Origin: Eledone cirrhosa
Lineage: Eukaryota
Direction of reading: 5' to 3'
Length of the DNA: 64,000 nt
Assembly: GCA_964016885.1 (NCBI GenBank)
Contig: OZ024740.1
Location: forward strand, 65,844,001 to 65,908,000
Within the stretch, counting starts at the first letter, position 1. Each line of letters opens with the position of its first letter. Under the pieces are notes generated by a model that ran no database searches, was not told the DNA's origin, and saw nothing but the letters and a program-made list of their open reading frames with translations. The position numbers were made by a program, and so were the translations under genes. Below, piece after piece: positions 12,901-25,203 of the stretch.

Positions 12901-13363
12901 TATTATTTATCTCAGTATTCAGATCATTGTCTGCTTCGGGTGGTTCCTCCGCTCTCGGGACCTCCTCACCTTCATTTCCCGCCGGCTCGCTTGTCTGGCA
13001 TACTACACCCGCCATCTCCAAGCCATTCTCTCTGCTCAGTTCCTCCAGTTCCAGCTCGCTTATCCACCCATTAGTTCTTATTACCCGAGCCTGCCCGGCC
13101 AATTTTTGTTCATCTAATTTAAATAAACCAATCTCGTTCCAGATGTTATGCATCCGTCTCCTGTAGCCCCTCTCCTTGGGGTTACTTTTCAGGTAGCATT
13201 GCATAACAGTTCTATTCAATTCTTTCGTCCAGTTGGTTCTGGCCCCTTTCCTTCTTCTTCTTCCTCCAACATCAGCAGTATTTCGTTGACAGTCAGGTTC
13301 CTGCTGCTGAGCCAGGGGGCACCTGTTGGGTGAGAGTCTGTCACATGACGTTCTAGTCTCCAT
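9971..13363 (-). CDS. R4/Dong retrotransposon protein: reverse transcriptase, CCHC zinc knuckle, restriction-like endonuclease (1130 aa, intact)
   Basis: KSPGPDG, YRPITCL, EQKG, WIDYRKAFD, RGIFQGDSLSP, HLLFMDD, YKYLG, GGRGL, CRICGEREETVAHIVSEC, RHD and RPDLVVVD..DVACP.D motifs. Confidence 0.95.
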   Translation of the reverse strand: METRTSCDRLSPNRCPLAQQQEPDCQRNTADVGGRRRRKGARTNWTKELNRTVMQCYLKSNPKERGYRRRMHNIWNEIGLFKLDEQKLAGQARVIRTNGWISELELEELSRENGLEMAGVVCQTSEPAGNEGEEVPRAEEPPEADNDLNTEINNTWNRDTATEEMNADGLGQDSVDILNLVVDELNNDSGRPMNLRFVDRKKLKETTAKVNKVIPYLEARSLHQCNNILKATANTVRKLLGIKARGNNRQERAEPWWKKRLSGQIGEMRNDIGKLESLLNGTLKNIGTKNRLEIKYKTRSKKLNIIIEELKQRIVAKSAKIRRYENRVSQYKQNRMFDNNQKMLFGQLEGKERGTDLIPGAEQAKTFWRGIWEQDVRHNAQAGWIETVQREIGEQAQQQTDLSITVETLKGQAKKLTNWKSPGPDGVQGYWIKHLTSLHPKLTAMFNDCLVSGEVPEWLTKGTTVLIMKDRIKGNDVTNYRPITCLPVMWKLLTSIVSEEIYHHLHTNNLLPDEQKGCRKKSRGTKDQLLIDKMVMGNCRRRHTDLAMGWIDYRKAFDMVPHSWITKSLEIFRVADNIRQLLGRSMGSWETELTSTGVSLGSVKIKRGIFQGDSLSPLLFVLALMPLTIMLRKVRAGYKLGRGELTINHLLFMDDLKLFGKSEKELDVLVDTVRIFSSDICMQFGIGKCGVIVMRRGRLSRSNGIQIPTGEMIKEIDSEEGYKYLGVLEADGIKNKKMKELLSTEYIRRVRSVLKSHLNSRNAISAVNSRAVSIIRYSAGILRWNVAEQKEMDRKTRKLLTIYNMFHKRSDVDRLYLRRSEGGRGLISIEDCVQMEKNNLYKYVTYSKEPMLRAVLKEGTVGQGIPKEEITSRRKSSLKGKSLHSTFFEKTEFRDPQTWNWLRRGDLKKATEGMLMAAQEQALKTKWLKHHIYKEEASPLCRICGEREETVAHIVSECKHLAQTHYKGWRHDVMGRVIHWHLCKVNNLPHSEKWYEHRPEAVMENSQVKVLWDFRIQTDKKLEHNRPDLVVVDKEKRSCLIVDVACPFDTRVQEKEREKINRYQDLKWEVKRIWNCHEVKVIPIVIGALGTISKGFQGWLKKIGPFTLFGTLQKACLLGTARTLRYVLNI

Positions 13364-13933
13364 TTCACCGTTATTCGAACTGTTTATGTTCGATATTTAA
13401 ACACTCTTATCGAGGATTGGCGAATGTATGTTTACATAGCCATCTGTGGATCCGCCATCCCACTTGGCCCTTGTGTGGCATTATCACCACGCTGTATACG
13501 GACACACATAAACAAACAAACACACGGGCAGAAAGGGCCCCAAAAATGAATAAGCATAAGTTTCATTGTAATGTAGTATTCGAATGTCTGACTTAGTTTT
13601 TGTTTTTTAAGTTTTACTTTTTCCCCCCTCTTCTCTGTCCGTCCGCCTGCTTCTCTCTTCATTCTTATTTTCTTTACGTTTTTGGGGTTTCTTTTTTTGT
13701 TTTTGTTTTTTTCTGTTTTTCTCGTTTTTTACTGTTGTTGCTGTGCTGCTTTTGTTGTTTGTTTTTTCTTTTTTCTTTTGAGTCTATCTATATATTTTGA
13801 TGCCTTCCTCTTTGTTAGTAGTAGGAATTCTATAATGTGGAAGTGGTAGCCAGCAGAGACTAGCGGCGTTGGCGATACTAAGACAGTGGTGGCGGTGATG
13901 TCGATACCGAGGCAGTGGTGGCGGTGATGCGAC

Positions 13934-14577
13934 CGTATTACTGTAGTGATGGTGCTGTAGCGGTGGCAGCAGCAGTGAAGGAGTCAGGGGGTGGTGGCGG
14001 CGGTGATGGGATAGTGGTGGTAATGATGGCCGTAGTGAGCGGTGGCGGTGAAGGTGAAAATGCTGTTGTGTTTAGTGTACACAGATGATGGGGTGGGTGG
14101 TGTATCTAGTTTCTGGTGTTGGTGAGTTTCGCTGTCCTATATAGTGTAGCCAGAGGAGAGGAGGGGGGGGGGTCTTCTTCTTCCATTTATAGCCATTTTA
14201 TTTTTTTTTTTTGGATATACAGTGTACAATACAAAGTTGAATATTTGAATATTTGAGCCGTATTACTGTAGTGATGGTGCTGTAGCGGTGGCAGCAGCAG
14301 TGAAGGAGTCAAGGGGTGGTGGCGGCGGTGATGGGATAGTGGTGGTAATGATGGCCGTAGTGAGCGGTGGCGGTGAGGTGAAAATGCTGTTGTGTTTAGT
14401 GTACACAGATGATGGGGTGGGCGGTGTATCTAGTTTCTGGTGTTGGTGAGTTTAGCTGTCCTATATAGTGTAGCCAGAGGAGAGGAGGGGGGGGGGGTTC
14501 TTCTTCTTCCATTTATAGCCATTTTTTTTTTGGATATACAGTGTACAATACAAAGTTGAATATTTGAATATTTGAGC
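13934..14577. repeat. ~322 bp tandem duplication upstream of the R4 ORF
   Basis: ccgtattactgtagtgatgg...gaatatttgagcc occurs twice in tandem. Confidence 0.9.
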
Positions 14578-14746
14578 CTTATAACAATATATTTTGGGTC
14601 CGAATTTTTTGGGGCTCAAGCCGGGTGCTTTACGTAGCATTTGTACTAAGAGTTGTTATTTCACAAATGATTTAAATATGTTAAAAATTCAAAACTTACG
14701 GGAGCGATTTCATGACCTCCGTCACCTCGTGCGTCTTCTTCCCTTC

Positions 14747-14747
<1 letters not shown>

Positions 14748-14838
<91 letters not shown>
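14748..14838. repeat. (TAA)n microsatellite (representative; dozens of (TA)n, (CA)n and (AG)n tracts occur across the window)
   Basis: Directly visible. Confidence 0.98.
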
Positions 14839-14839
<1 letters not shown>

Positions 14840-15083
14840 AGTTGCATTTATCTTGCTTTATGTTCATACGAGTTATCACCAAGTCACAACCAGTGACCTC
14901 AAGAGACAGCAAGGTCCGCCATGTTCAAGAAAGAACATACATACTCACACATGCATCTTTAGTGTTTAGACTTGTGATGTACTTATATTGACAGAATTTC
15001 CTTAGTGTATGGGCAGTTCCCATTAGTACTATCTTTTGTATTTCTCCTATACGCGGGTTTCCTGAGATTTGCGATAAGTAATC
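14840..15083 (-). mobile_element. R4/Dong LINE 3' fragment, third family
   Basis: Minus strand translates as YLSQISGNPRIGEIQKIVLMGTAHTLRK; lies between two ATT tracts. Confidence 0.7.
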
Positions 15084-15260
15084 ATTATTATTATTATTAT
15101 TATTATTGTTATTGTTATTCCTTGAATCTCAGTCATTGATGTTGGTTAACTGGAAAGTCCGTTGGATTGAATATCAAGCCACTACCTGCAGCCTCAGATA
15201 TTCAGGACGTATCGGAGGGTTCTTGCCGTTCCAAGCAAGCATGCCTTTTGAAGTGTTCCA
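15084..15260 (-). mobile_element. Very short 3' fragment of the main R4/Dong family
   Basis: Near-identical to 9869-10038; flanked by ATT repeats. Confidence 0.9.
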
Positions 15261-15261
15261 A

Positions 15262-15321
<60 letters not shown>

Positions 15322-18300
15322 TGGCGACCTACGTAGGAAATCGTATTATCGTGAGCTCCGCAAATGTTTGTTGTTTTCAGTTGTTTCAATTGCCAGTTAT
15401 GGAACATTTTTGTTGTTAAGTGTTTATAATATATTGCTTTCTGAAAATGACACAGAAAATATTGGGTCCTTGAGACCCAAACCTAAACTTGTTATTTATC
15501 AAACAAAATATTTATTTGAAAAAAAAAATATGGACGACAATTTTTCCGTTTTTAACAGACCAACACCCTCCTCCTCCTCCACCACCAACGCCAACACCAT
15601 TGTAAACCTTGCTACGGATCCCAACACTGAAAATATAATTAATAGCAGTTTGAATTATTTACAATTGCCGCATAAAGACATGGATTTCCCGCCATTACCA
15701 ATAACTGCAGGTGTTAAAGTCGCCACCACCACCATCACCTCCACCACCACCACAACAACAGCGACAAAAGAAACCCCCCAAAATAAATTATTCTTTCGTT
15801 ACATCGAAATGGATTCACCCAGAATCGAATCTTCCACGCCGAACACCACTAACACCACTACCTCCACCACAACTGAAACTTAAAATAACAATAACAACAA
15901 CAGCAACAACAACAACAATGAGAATAACAACATCAATACCACCGCGATACAAAATGTGTTGTTTGGCAAAGCAGCCAAGAAAAGCGAAACAATCCAGGTA
16001 AGCTAGGGTGAATTAAATAAAGCCTAGAGAATGGTAAAAAAAGATGGGTACAGGGTCAGCCAAAAACAAAATGCAGAGGGAAACAAATAATCTATCAAAC
16101 AAAATATTTTAGGACAGCTATGCCACCATCCACACCAGCATCACCAACCCCATTACCACAAACACCAACACCATCACCATCTTTAACCCCAACACCACCA
16201 TTACCAACACCACAAAAGTCACCAAAAAGCGAAACAGAAACAAACCCACAACAAACGCAAACAAAACATAACAACCAAAACGATACACACTACACAGCAT
16301 TAAATTTGAACAACAACCAATTATTACACTGCATCCAACACAACACCAGCATCACAGAAAATACTACACAACAACCCAAAAGTTCACACCACCTCCACAC
16401 ATACAAATCACTAGTATCACACAGAAAACGTACACGATATTAAAACAAAAATTCCCCAAAGCCATCGGAGATTTCTGACAAGCACTCTCCAGGAGCATTT
16501 ATAAGGACATCCTTCCGGAGGAGGCCACAGGCAGTGAAAAGAATGGAAAAACCATCCTTCCTCTACGAGAAGTAAGGTAAGTGGTCTTTCCCATCGTTTC
16601 CACTCCAATTCAACATTACCTCACTCAGAATAGGCAGCATAAATGCGCGTTGCTTCTGGTCATCATGGAAGCAGGGCCACCTGCTCAAGGACTTCAGGTC
16701 ACTAAACATAGATGTAGTGGTCATCAGCGAGACCAGAATCTCCGAAGCACGTGCCTTCACACCGATCATCGGCGGCTACGATGTGTACGCATCTCCCAGC
16801 CGTCCTGGATGGGGGGGGGAGGAGTTGCTGTGCTTTTTCAGAGAGGTTTGGATGTCGCCATACGGGCCTTCTTCCTGGACCCAGAAGGTACGTTGGTGGT
16901 GCTGGACGTTGGTGGTGATGGACGTGGCCGTCTATGCTGAGACAGGAGCAGGGTGGCCTGATTTATTCCGGCGTCTGGAGACCTTTCTTTGAACTTCCCG
17001 CACTTTGGTGGTAGTGGGCGACTGGAACGGGATCTTAGATGCAGCTGGGACTGTGTGGGAGGAGGGTGCAATAGCCTCACCAACCTGCTCAGGCTCTGAA
17101 CTGTCTTGGATTTCCCGAATGTGCCAATGTGGATTTGGACAAATCGCATCGGATCATCCAGATTATATCTAGATAGAGTATTTTGTAGGGAAATAGGTAG
17201 GTCTAGCATAGGCTGTCCACAATTCAAGATAGTCAGCTACGCGGACCACAAATTCGTGATCTGTGTGTTTGACTTAGATAGGCTTCATAGACGACGACCC
17301 GGCTACTGGAAGCTAAACGCGTCCTTACCAGAGCACATGGCCTACATAGACCTGATTAGCGAACTAATTAAGCGGGCGTTGACGGGGGCCATCGCCAACA
17401 ACAAGTGGTGGTTTGCTCTGAAAAGAGCGATCAGAATAGAGTCCATTAGGTTTAGTAATAGAGAAAAATAGGGTAGAGGGAGAACTAGTTAGAAAATTAG
17501 ACGAGGCGCTTAGCAAAGGCATCGCGACCGATGTACTTGCGGCGAAATTGGCTCTTGACCAATTCTTCAATGCAAAGCACGAAGGCTACGTTGTCAGAGC
17601 TAGGGTGCATGCTCTCAGACACTAGGGGACGAAAGCCGTTCAATGGGCCCGAGTGGCGGAGGCCGGTCGTGGCAACAAAGCCACGATCCGGTCTTTGGTG
17701 GACCACGACAGGCGCATACTACTCGATCCCGAGCTAATGTGTGAAGCTTTTCAGCGATACTTCGCGGGGGCAGCGGCGGGCCGGAACGAGGGATGGACTT
17801 TAGTGTCTACCTCGACGGACTACCGCGGCTCTCGGCCACTGAGCCCGAGTGTTGCGAAAAGCCGATAACAGCCGCTGACGTACCGGAGGCAATTACTGGC
17901 TGCACAAGGGGTAAATCGCCTGGTTTGGATGGTCTGCCCTACGAAATTTACGTACAGATTCCAGACTTGTTCGGAGGCCTCTTGGCGGACCTCTACTGCA
18001 AATGGCAACAGAACGGGAGAATTCCCAGCTCTGTGAGCCGAGGAGCGGTGTCACTGCTGACAAACGATCCGAACAATAGGGATAACATAGATCATTTCAG
18101 GCCCATAACTCTGCCAAACAGAGTTCAAGATTTTGTACATGGTGCTATCAAAGAGGTTGGCGCTTGTCGTTGGTGGCCTGGTGGGAGAGGCGCAGACATG
18201 CGCCATTCCCGACAGATCCCTCCACGACAATCTCCACCTCATGCGATACATTGTGGAGAAGGTAGCTAGGGAACCTGGCACGGGTGGGTCCTTGATAAAT

Positions 18301-20064
18301 TTAGATCAGTCGAAAGCTTTCGATAGGGTCGACCATCGTTACCTAGCGGCAGTCCTGAAGGCGGCTGGCTTTGGGCCCATCCTCAGAGGCTCGATCGCTG
18401 CCATGCACAGCGACATCTGCTCTGTGGTCAGAGTTAACGGTCACCTTTCGGAACCGTTCAACATCATGCGCTCGGTCCGCCAAGGATGTCTCCTCTCATC
18501 CCTCTTGTACGTATTGACTCTCGAGCCATTACTGCACATACTGGAGACGTTGAGGGGGATTCCGCGCGAACTAGGATGCGGAAGATCCGTGTCAGCATAT
18601 GCGGACGATGTCACCGTAGTGGTGTCGAACGCCAAACACATCGAGGCGATCGGCACTACACTAAGATAATACAAAGCGGTGATAGGAGCAATCGTCAACC
18701 AGGAAAAGTCAGTGGGCCTGCAGCTCGGCACTTGGAGAGGAGGGTCCATGCCGTCCAACAGCGTCGTCCGGAGCTGGACGGACGGACCGGATAAATTGCT
18801 AGGGGTCTGGTTCGTTCCGGAACTCCAGACGGACAAAAAGTGGGACGAATTGACGAGCTGGGTGGCTTCTCTCACCCAGATGTGGGCATGGAGGAGGCTA
18901 ACCCTGAAATGTCGAGCGGGGGTGGCTAAGGCGTACATTGCGTCCGTCTTCTACTACCGCCTGACCGTCCTGCCTTGTCCTGATCCTCGCCTGACTGCGC
19001 CTGAGCGTTTGCTCTTTCGCTTTTTGTGGAAGGGACGCACTCCGATGGTCAGGCGGTCCGTCTGCTGTCAACACCCACTAAGTGGAGGGCTGGGCATGCC
19101 ATGGCTGATGATGAGTAGATACGCGCTTAGGCTACGACATCTCAACCTCTTCCTCGACGGTGATCAGGTGTGATCGCCATTTGCTAGACGCGCATTTCCC
19201 CAGCTGGTCTCCTTGACGGAGCTGCAGTACTGGGTCAAGCGAAGACCGAGAGGGAGCGCTTGGAGACTGGAATGTCTTCAGGCGCTCACAGCCCTCGACC
19301 AATACGGGCAATGTGGTCGGTGTAAACTCCACCTTCGCGTTGTATAGAGGATTAGTGGAGGGGAAGAGCGACGACATACATGGAGAAACTCTAGGCGTCG
19401 TCGACGAAAATCAATTAGCCAATCTCTTCGGAAGAACTTTCGGGCCGGGGCCTATGGAAAACTTCCAGAAATCCCTGGCCTGGCAGTTGTACCGAGTAGC
19501 TTTGCCAGTTCGGGATAAACTCTACAGGCATGGATTGCCCCGCCCTCTTCCTTTAGCCGGGAAGAGCAGGCAATTTTTATCTGTCTGGTGGCCATGGGGA
19601 AAGAGATAGTATGATGGACGCGTTTGAAAGGGCTGAAGACGAGCACTTACCTCTTCGGTGATGCTCTAATTAACTTTTTTAAATTTCATTTAAAAAGGAA
19701 AATCAGGGTAGAGTAGAAGGTGCTCTCTTCACAATATTTTGTTGAAAGATGGATGAGAGACGCAAGAATGGCCCGTGTGATTGGGCCTATTCTGAGTATG
19801 TGCCTGTAAATTGAAGGTTGAAAACTGTGAGCGGGCACTTGCACTAGTGGTCAGGGTCACCGTGGCTTTTTTTAATGGGCTTTCTCCACGAATGTCCTTC
19901 GGAAGTATCCCCCCTATTGGGGAATTTTTCATTGTTTCTTTTTTTGTTACATCCTCTGTTTTTTATTGTTTTTATACGCGCAGAAATGTCCATTTGAGCT
20001 GTATTGTCCTGTACTCTGCTTAATGTCTTACTTTGTGTAAACCCTTGTGGTTAATAAAGAAAGC
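15322..20064 (+). mobile_element. Decayed L1/Tx1-clade non-LTR retrotransposon
   Basis: Low-complexity ORF1-like region, then APE and RT fragments. Ends with AATAAA and has ATT repeats on both sides. Confidence 0.85.
16600..19790 (+). pseudogene. Tx1-like ORF2 (AP endonuclease + reverse transcriptase), frameshifted
   Basis: VISET, YLDRV, DHK, GYWKLNASL, GKSPGLDGLPYE, FRPITL, LDQSKAFDRVDH, VRQGC.LS.LLY.L.LEP, SAYADD and GGLGMP motifs. Confidence 0.88.
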
Positions 20065-21030
20065 ATTATTATAATTATTATTATTATTATTGTTGTTGTT
20101 GTGGTGGTGGTTGTTGTGGTTGTTTTTGTTGTTGTTGTTTATGTTATTATTATTATATGTATATAATAACTCGTAAAAGAAATGTATTCATGTCAGATGT
20201 ATTGTTCTTAATCTCGGAAACAGGTATAGATAGATTACTTCACATGACACACCGGATATTTCTTTAATCCCATAGAAGTGCAATACCGAAGATTTAGACG
20301 ATACTATTCATATAAAGGGTTAGATAATGAGTTTATGAAACACTATAACCCTCATCCCAGACGGAAGTTAAGAATATAGAATATGTTTTGTAGTACATAC
20401 AATAGGACAACAAACAAAGACAGAAGAACAAAACAATGTAACGTGTAAAGGTGGTATTACATGAATGCGATATTCATATCATGCCTCTGACAGCCTTTGT
20501 ATATAGCATTGCCTGGCGATATTTACTGATGGTCATTTCATGGTGAAAGACAAAGTAGAATATACTACGATATATAGAATTTAAACAATAATTGGCAGGT
20601 GAATTCAAACTTTTAATAATCCATCACCTGAACACATCTCATGGTATTGCTATAGAGAACAAAACTTCTCGTAAACAAGTTATAACAGATGTAAAATATT
20701 GGAATTCTTAGATTTTGTATGTCTTCATTCTATCAGAAAAAATGAAGTTGGCGAATCCTCCTATGTCAGGTTTCATTCTGCTTAAAACAATGATAAACTT
20801 GAAAGCTCCTTGAGAGTAATACATAGCGTTTCTAACGACTATGAAGCCTCAGAAGTCGTGGATAATTTTCTGTCGTACAGAACAATGTGACTCGAGGTGT
20901 AGTTCAATATTGATCTTCTATATTTAAAATCACTGATATAAACCTTCTTTAATTTTAAAGCAATCGCAAATGAATACGCTTCTAACGAAGAGGAACATTT
21001 CAAACACACACACGCACACACGCACACACA

Positions 21031-21079
<49 letters not shown>

Positions 21080-21180
21080 ACACACACACACACACGCCCC
21101 ATTCGACCGGAAGATGCGTTATATCCTTGAGAAATTGGTTCGGTCCGATTTGACGAATGTCGATCGACTGCCGATGTATA

Positions 21181-21282
<102 letters not shown>

Positions 21283-21508
21283 ATATATATCCGTAGTTGA
21301 GAGCTGAGAGAGAAGAATACTCAATGCCGATGTAGAATTTCAGTATTCTTTCTACTACGACTAAATAGTTAGTCTTGTTACTCTGGAGTTTCACCTGATT
21401 ATAATATGATTATCATTCGTGTCTGATGATACTGTGATAAGCAGGCGAATCTCCAGAATGACAAGAAGGAATACATATGTATATGTAGGTATGTATACAT
21501 GTACATAG

Positions 21509-21551
<43 letters not shown>

Positions 21552-21821
21552 GTTGTTAAACAATATTCGATGATTATGTCAAAGAATGAGTTTTACAGTA
21601 GATTGGCAGCACTCAACGGTAAATAATTTTCAGGAGTTCTTAATATTAAAATATAAGTATTAATCTATTATTGATCTATTAATTATAGTATAATATAGCA
21701 TATATTTCTTTTAAATATACTTACTTTACTATAAAATCTAAATTTGAGACGGATTCAAACTTATATATAAATGTGAATTTTTCGCTGTACTTTCGATCTC
21801 TTATTTATTTATTTATAATAT

Positions 21822-21979
21822 AATTGTTTCTACTTTAGGCACAAGGCCGGCAATTACCCAGTGAATTACTGGTACTTTATTTTATCGACCCCGTAAGGAT
21901 GAAAGGCAAAGTCAACCTCGGCGGGATTTGAACTCAGATCGGAAAGCATGGCGTCCGACTCTCTACCGATACTGCCAAT
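21822..21979 (-). mobile_element. tRNA-derived SINE
   Basis: Minus strand has an A-box-like TGGCAGTATCGG, a B-box GAGTTCAAATCC and the body ctttcatccttacggggtcgataaaataaagtaccag. Same family as 63735-63930. Confidence 0.85.
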
Positions 21980-23045
21980 ATAATGTTTTATAATATATTC
22001 GTAGTTATATATTGTATTTTATATATTTTTTTTATATTTTTAAATATACCTACCGTACTTCTATATACATGATTCAAATATAGAGAAAATATCCAAACTA
22101 AAGATTATTATAGACATTATTTTGAACTTTATACATGCACTCATTGTTCGTTTTTCATATATGTATATATGTATATATTTAAATGAAACACGTTGTTAAG
22201 AGTATAACTGTTATCATTTCCCTAAAGTATACTACATTAATAATACCTAATATATATCTATATATATACATCCCTATATCTAATAATATGTTGATATCTT
22301 GGTTGAACAATAATTAATGCATTTACACCCAATTATACATATGTATAGATTTTATCCGTAACATATTATTTTATTTTATTTTTATCTTCGTCTGTATTAT
22401 TTACCTTATACATGCTGACTCATTAATATATACCTATATACATAATAGTTTTTCAAATATTTATAACACTAAGTACTTCAAAAGCTTTACATACCTAATA
22501 TGTTGAAATATTTGTTAATGTTTAGATTTAGGTAATTAATCCACAGTATAATATTTCATTCTTTACGTGCCAGCTAAATCCTTTAAAATGTTATTCTCAC
22601 AATTCAGAAGTTTATAAATGATAACACACTTATCGAATTTATATAAATAATATATAAATAAATAGCAAATAATCCTGAAGTCTTGAGTCTTTATATTAAT
22701 ATTATAAATTAAATATTTTCAAATTCTAACCACCGTTTAACTTTCGACCCCCCCCCCCCACACACACTTTATATTTCACTCCTTATAAATCTTTTTCCAG
22801 TGGCTATCACTAGCTGTTATGATTCATGAGACGTTTCCCTAGATATATTGTACTATCATACAATTTAAAATTTTAGAACACTTTAAGTATGCAACGTTTT
22901 TTCTTACTCACACACTTTCTAATGAATTCATTACGTTTTCGCACTCTCACACATATATTATATAAGTAAAATTTTCTATCGGGTAATCACTACCTTTATT
23001 AAATCTTAACCATTTAACATCTCAGGGTATGTCATGTATCATTAT

Positions 23046-23098
23046 ATTTTGTCTGATGAGGACGTACTGTTGTACATCCGAACTATGTATAATAAAAT
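23046..23098 (+). ncRNA. Decayed hammerhead ribozyme at the end of an AT-rich PLE 3' remnant (~21551-23150)
   Basis: AUUUUGU-CUGAUGA-GGACGUAC uguu GUACAUCC-GAAC-UAUGUA-UA-AUAAAAU, with GAAA mutated to GAAC. Confidence 0.6.
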
Positions 23099-23469
23099 GT
23101 AATTGATCAAAAGAACATCTATTTTATTAATACTTATATTTTAATGTATATATATATATATGGGATATCAACTAGAAATTGATTGACATATATATATATT
23201 TAAAATAAACACATGAAACAATCACGGGATAATTTGTAAAGTTAGTAATCACCCATAGCTAGGTAGGTAACTAATTAAAGTTTGACTCCCTTAATTTAAT
23301 TTAGTTATATATATGGGATAACTTGTTATCGTTTTAGGTAATCTAGTTACACGTTGTGAGTACTCTGTACTATTCAGAGTTTTAACGTACGGCGTTGTTT
23401 GACTCAACAAGAGGCTTCCATATTTAGCTAGCGAGTTTGCGAGAATTCGCATGCAGGTTATTCTTGGAG

Positions 23470-23650
23470 TAATAGTAGTAAAAGAGTGAAGAATAACATG
23501 GTTGACTGTACAAAAAGGTTTTCTTTACAGTATTAACAATTGTTTCATTGGTCAGGTGAGCCTAAAGGCCGCTAATCACTCGAAGTTGCGACACTCGACC
23601 TTAAATACAGTGTGTGTCTCTGATCAAATCATCAAATCATCAGTACAACT
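23470..23650 (-). mobile_element. Inverted, diverged pLTR copy related to 25030-25203, with decayed HHR (23528-23648)
   Basis: The reverse complement aligns with 25042-25200 (CUGAUGA...GAAA CAAUUG UU AAUACUG). Confidence 0.65.
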
Positions 23651-23789
23651 TCGTGTGATCAATAAACGATGGTTAATACTGTAAATATCGTCGGCTCTCT
23701 AAATATTTATTTTAAACAAAATACGAAATTCCAATACATATCTGCATACAACTATGCCTGAAGCTAAATTGTATATATACATATATATA

Positions 23790-25203
23790 TTCTACATTAA
23801 TTGACAAGCACTTGCCTAGACTTCACAAATACGATAACATATTTAATAAAAATACTATCAAACTATCTTACTCTACTGCAACCAACATAGAATCACCCAT
23901 ACATAAAATTAATGCAAATAACCTACAAACAAACACCATAACATCAAATATAAAACACAAACACATAACAACATCGCAACCACACACACGTCAGAACGCA
24001 TCACAACAAAACATCAACAAACCCAAATCTTAGCCCATACATAACATACACAACCACATCGTTGATCCGGCATATAGGAAAGCCTCAAAATGTAACTGTC
24101 ACTTACCGGATAAGTCTCCACTACAAAATAGATGCCTGGAGTCAAATATAGTGTACCTGTGTACTATAAATTCAGGAATCCTAGCATGGTACTACATCGG
24201 TTCTACGGCGGGAGAGTTAAAAAAAAGATGGTACGCCCACAGACACTCTATAAAGAACCGTAGACTAATGAACACAACAACGCTCGCCAATAAAATCTGG
24301 CAGTTTAAAGATGCAAACCAAGAATACTGGATTAGCTGGTCGAAACTGTCGGGGGCAAAGGGCTACAGAAATGGAATGTCCTACTGCGGACTTTGCAATA
24401 TAGAGTTGCTTCATATTGTAAAATATGACAAAATGCTGCTTAACAGCAAAAGTGAACGGTCAATTTTCTGTAGGCATAAAGCAGCTACTAAATTCGCTAA
24501 TTTCAAACCAACTTGATTCGACCCAACAATTCCATAATTCAAATTGTACCACCTGAGTCTATAATAACCCATTATTATTATTATTAACTGTCGATAAATG
24601 AACTAATCAATGAATCAACATCATAACCTCCTAACTTTTCTCTCTTCCACTTTCTTTCCTTAAATATATTTCACCTCTTACATTATATCCTATCGTATTC
24701 TCTTCACTTCTAACATAACTTCCAATTTATTAATTTATTGATTTAACCAAAACATATATATATGTATATATTTGAATTTTTCATGTTTATACAAACGCAT
24801 CTTTATATTTTAACTACCAACACCAAAACTATTTTCATCATATCATGTTCACTTTTCTTCGCACACATATACATGTTTTAATTTATTTTTTATCATCTTC
24901 ATTATGAATAATTTATTATTATTTTCTTGTTTTTCGTTATTTTTCTCTATATCGTTTTCTTTTTGTCTTTTTCTTTTTTTATTACTGATGCTGTAATTTG
25001 AATTTCCTTAGTATATTACAAACGCAGTGTATAATTTTAATCAGTTTCTGATGATTTGATTAGGCATACATTGTATTTAAAATTGAGTGATACAACTTCA
25101 AGTGATTAGCAATTTTTAGACAACTTAATCAGTGAAACAATTGTTAATACTGTAAATAAACCCTTTTTGTACTGTTGACCTTGTTATTATTCACTCTTTC
25201 ACT
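23790..25203 (+). mobile_element. 5'-truncated Penelope-like element (GIY-YIG end + pLTR)
   Basis: IFNKNTIKLSYS, CNC...PL...CL, VYLC...YYIGST.GELKKRWYAH, CGLC, CRH; flanked by (TA)n. Confidence 0.85.
25042..25152 (+). ncRNA. Hammerhead ribozyme with long loop II
   Basis: CAGUUU-CUGAUGA-U UUGAUUA...UAAUCAG U-GAAA-CAAUUG-UU-AAUACUG. Confidence 0.6.

Larger units (their letters stand above)
9869..14748 (-). mobile_element. Apparently full-length R4/Dong-clade non-LTR retrotransposon (5' boundary uncertain)
   Basis: Intact single ORF, short 3' UTR ending in (TAA)n, and a ~1.4 kb upstream region ending at the (TAA)n tract at 14748. Confidence 0.85.

Noticed and set aside
21370-21465. CUGAUGA motif within a small inverted repeat
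   Set aside because: Probably another decayed HHR, but GAAA and the cleavage triplet are both mutated in the complete copy, so it is too degenerate to call.
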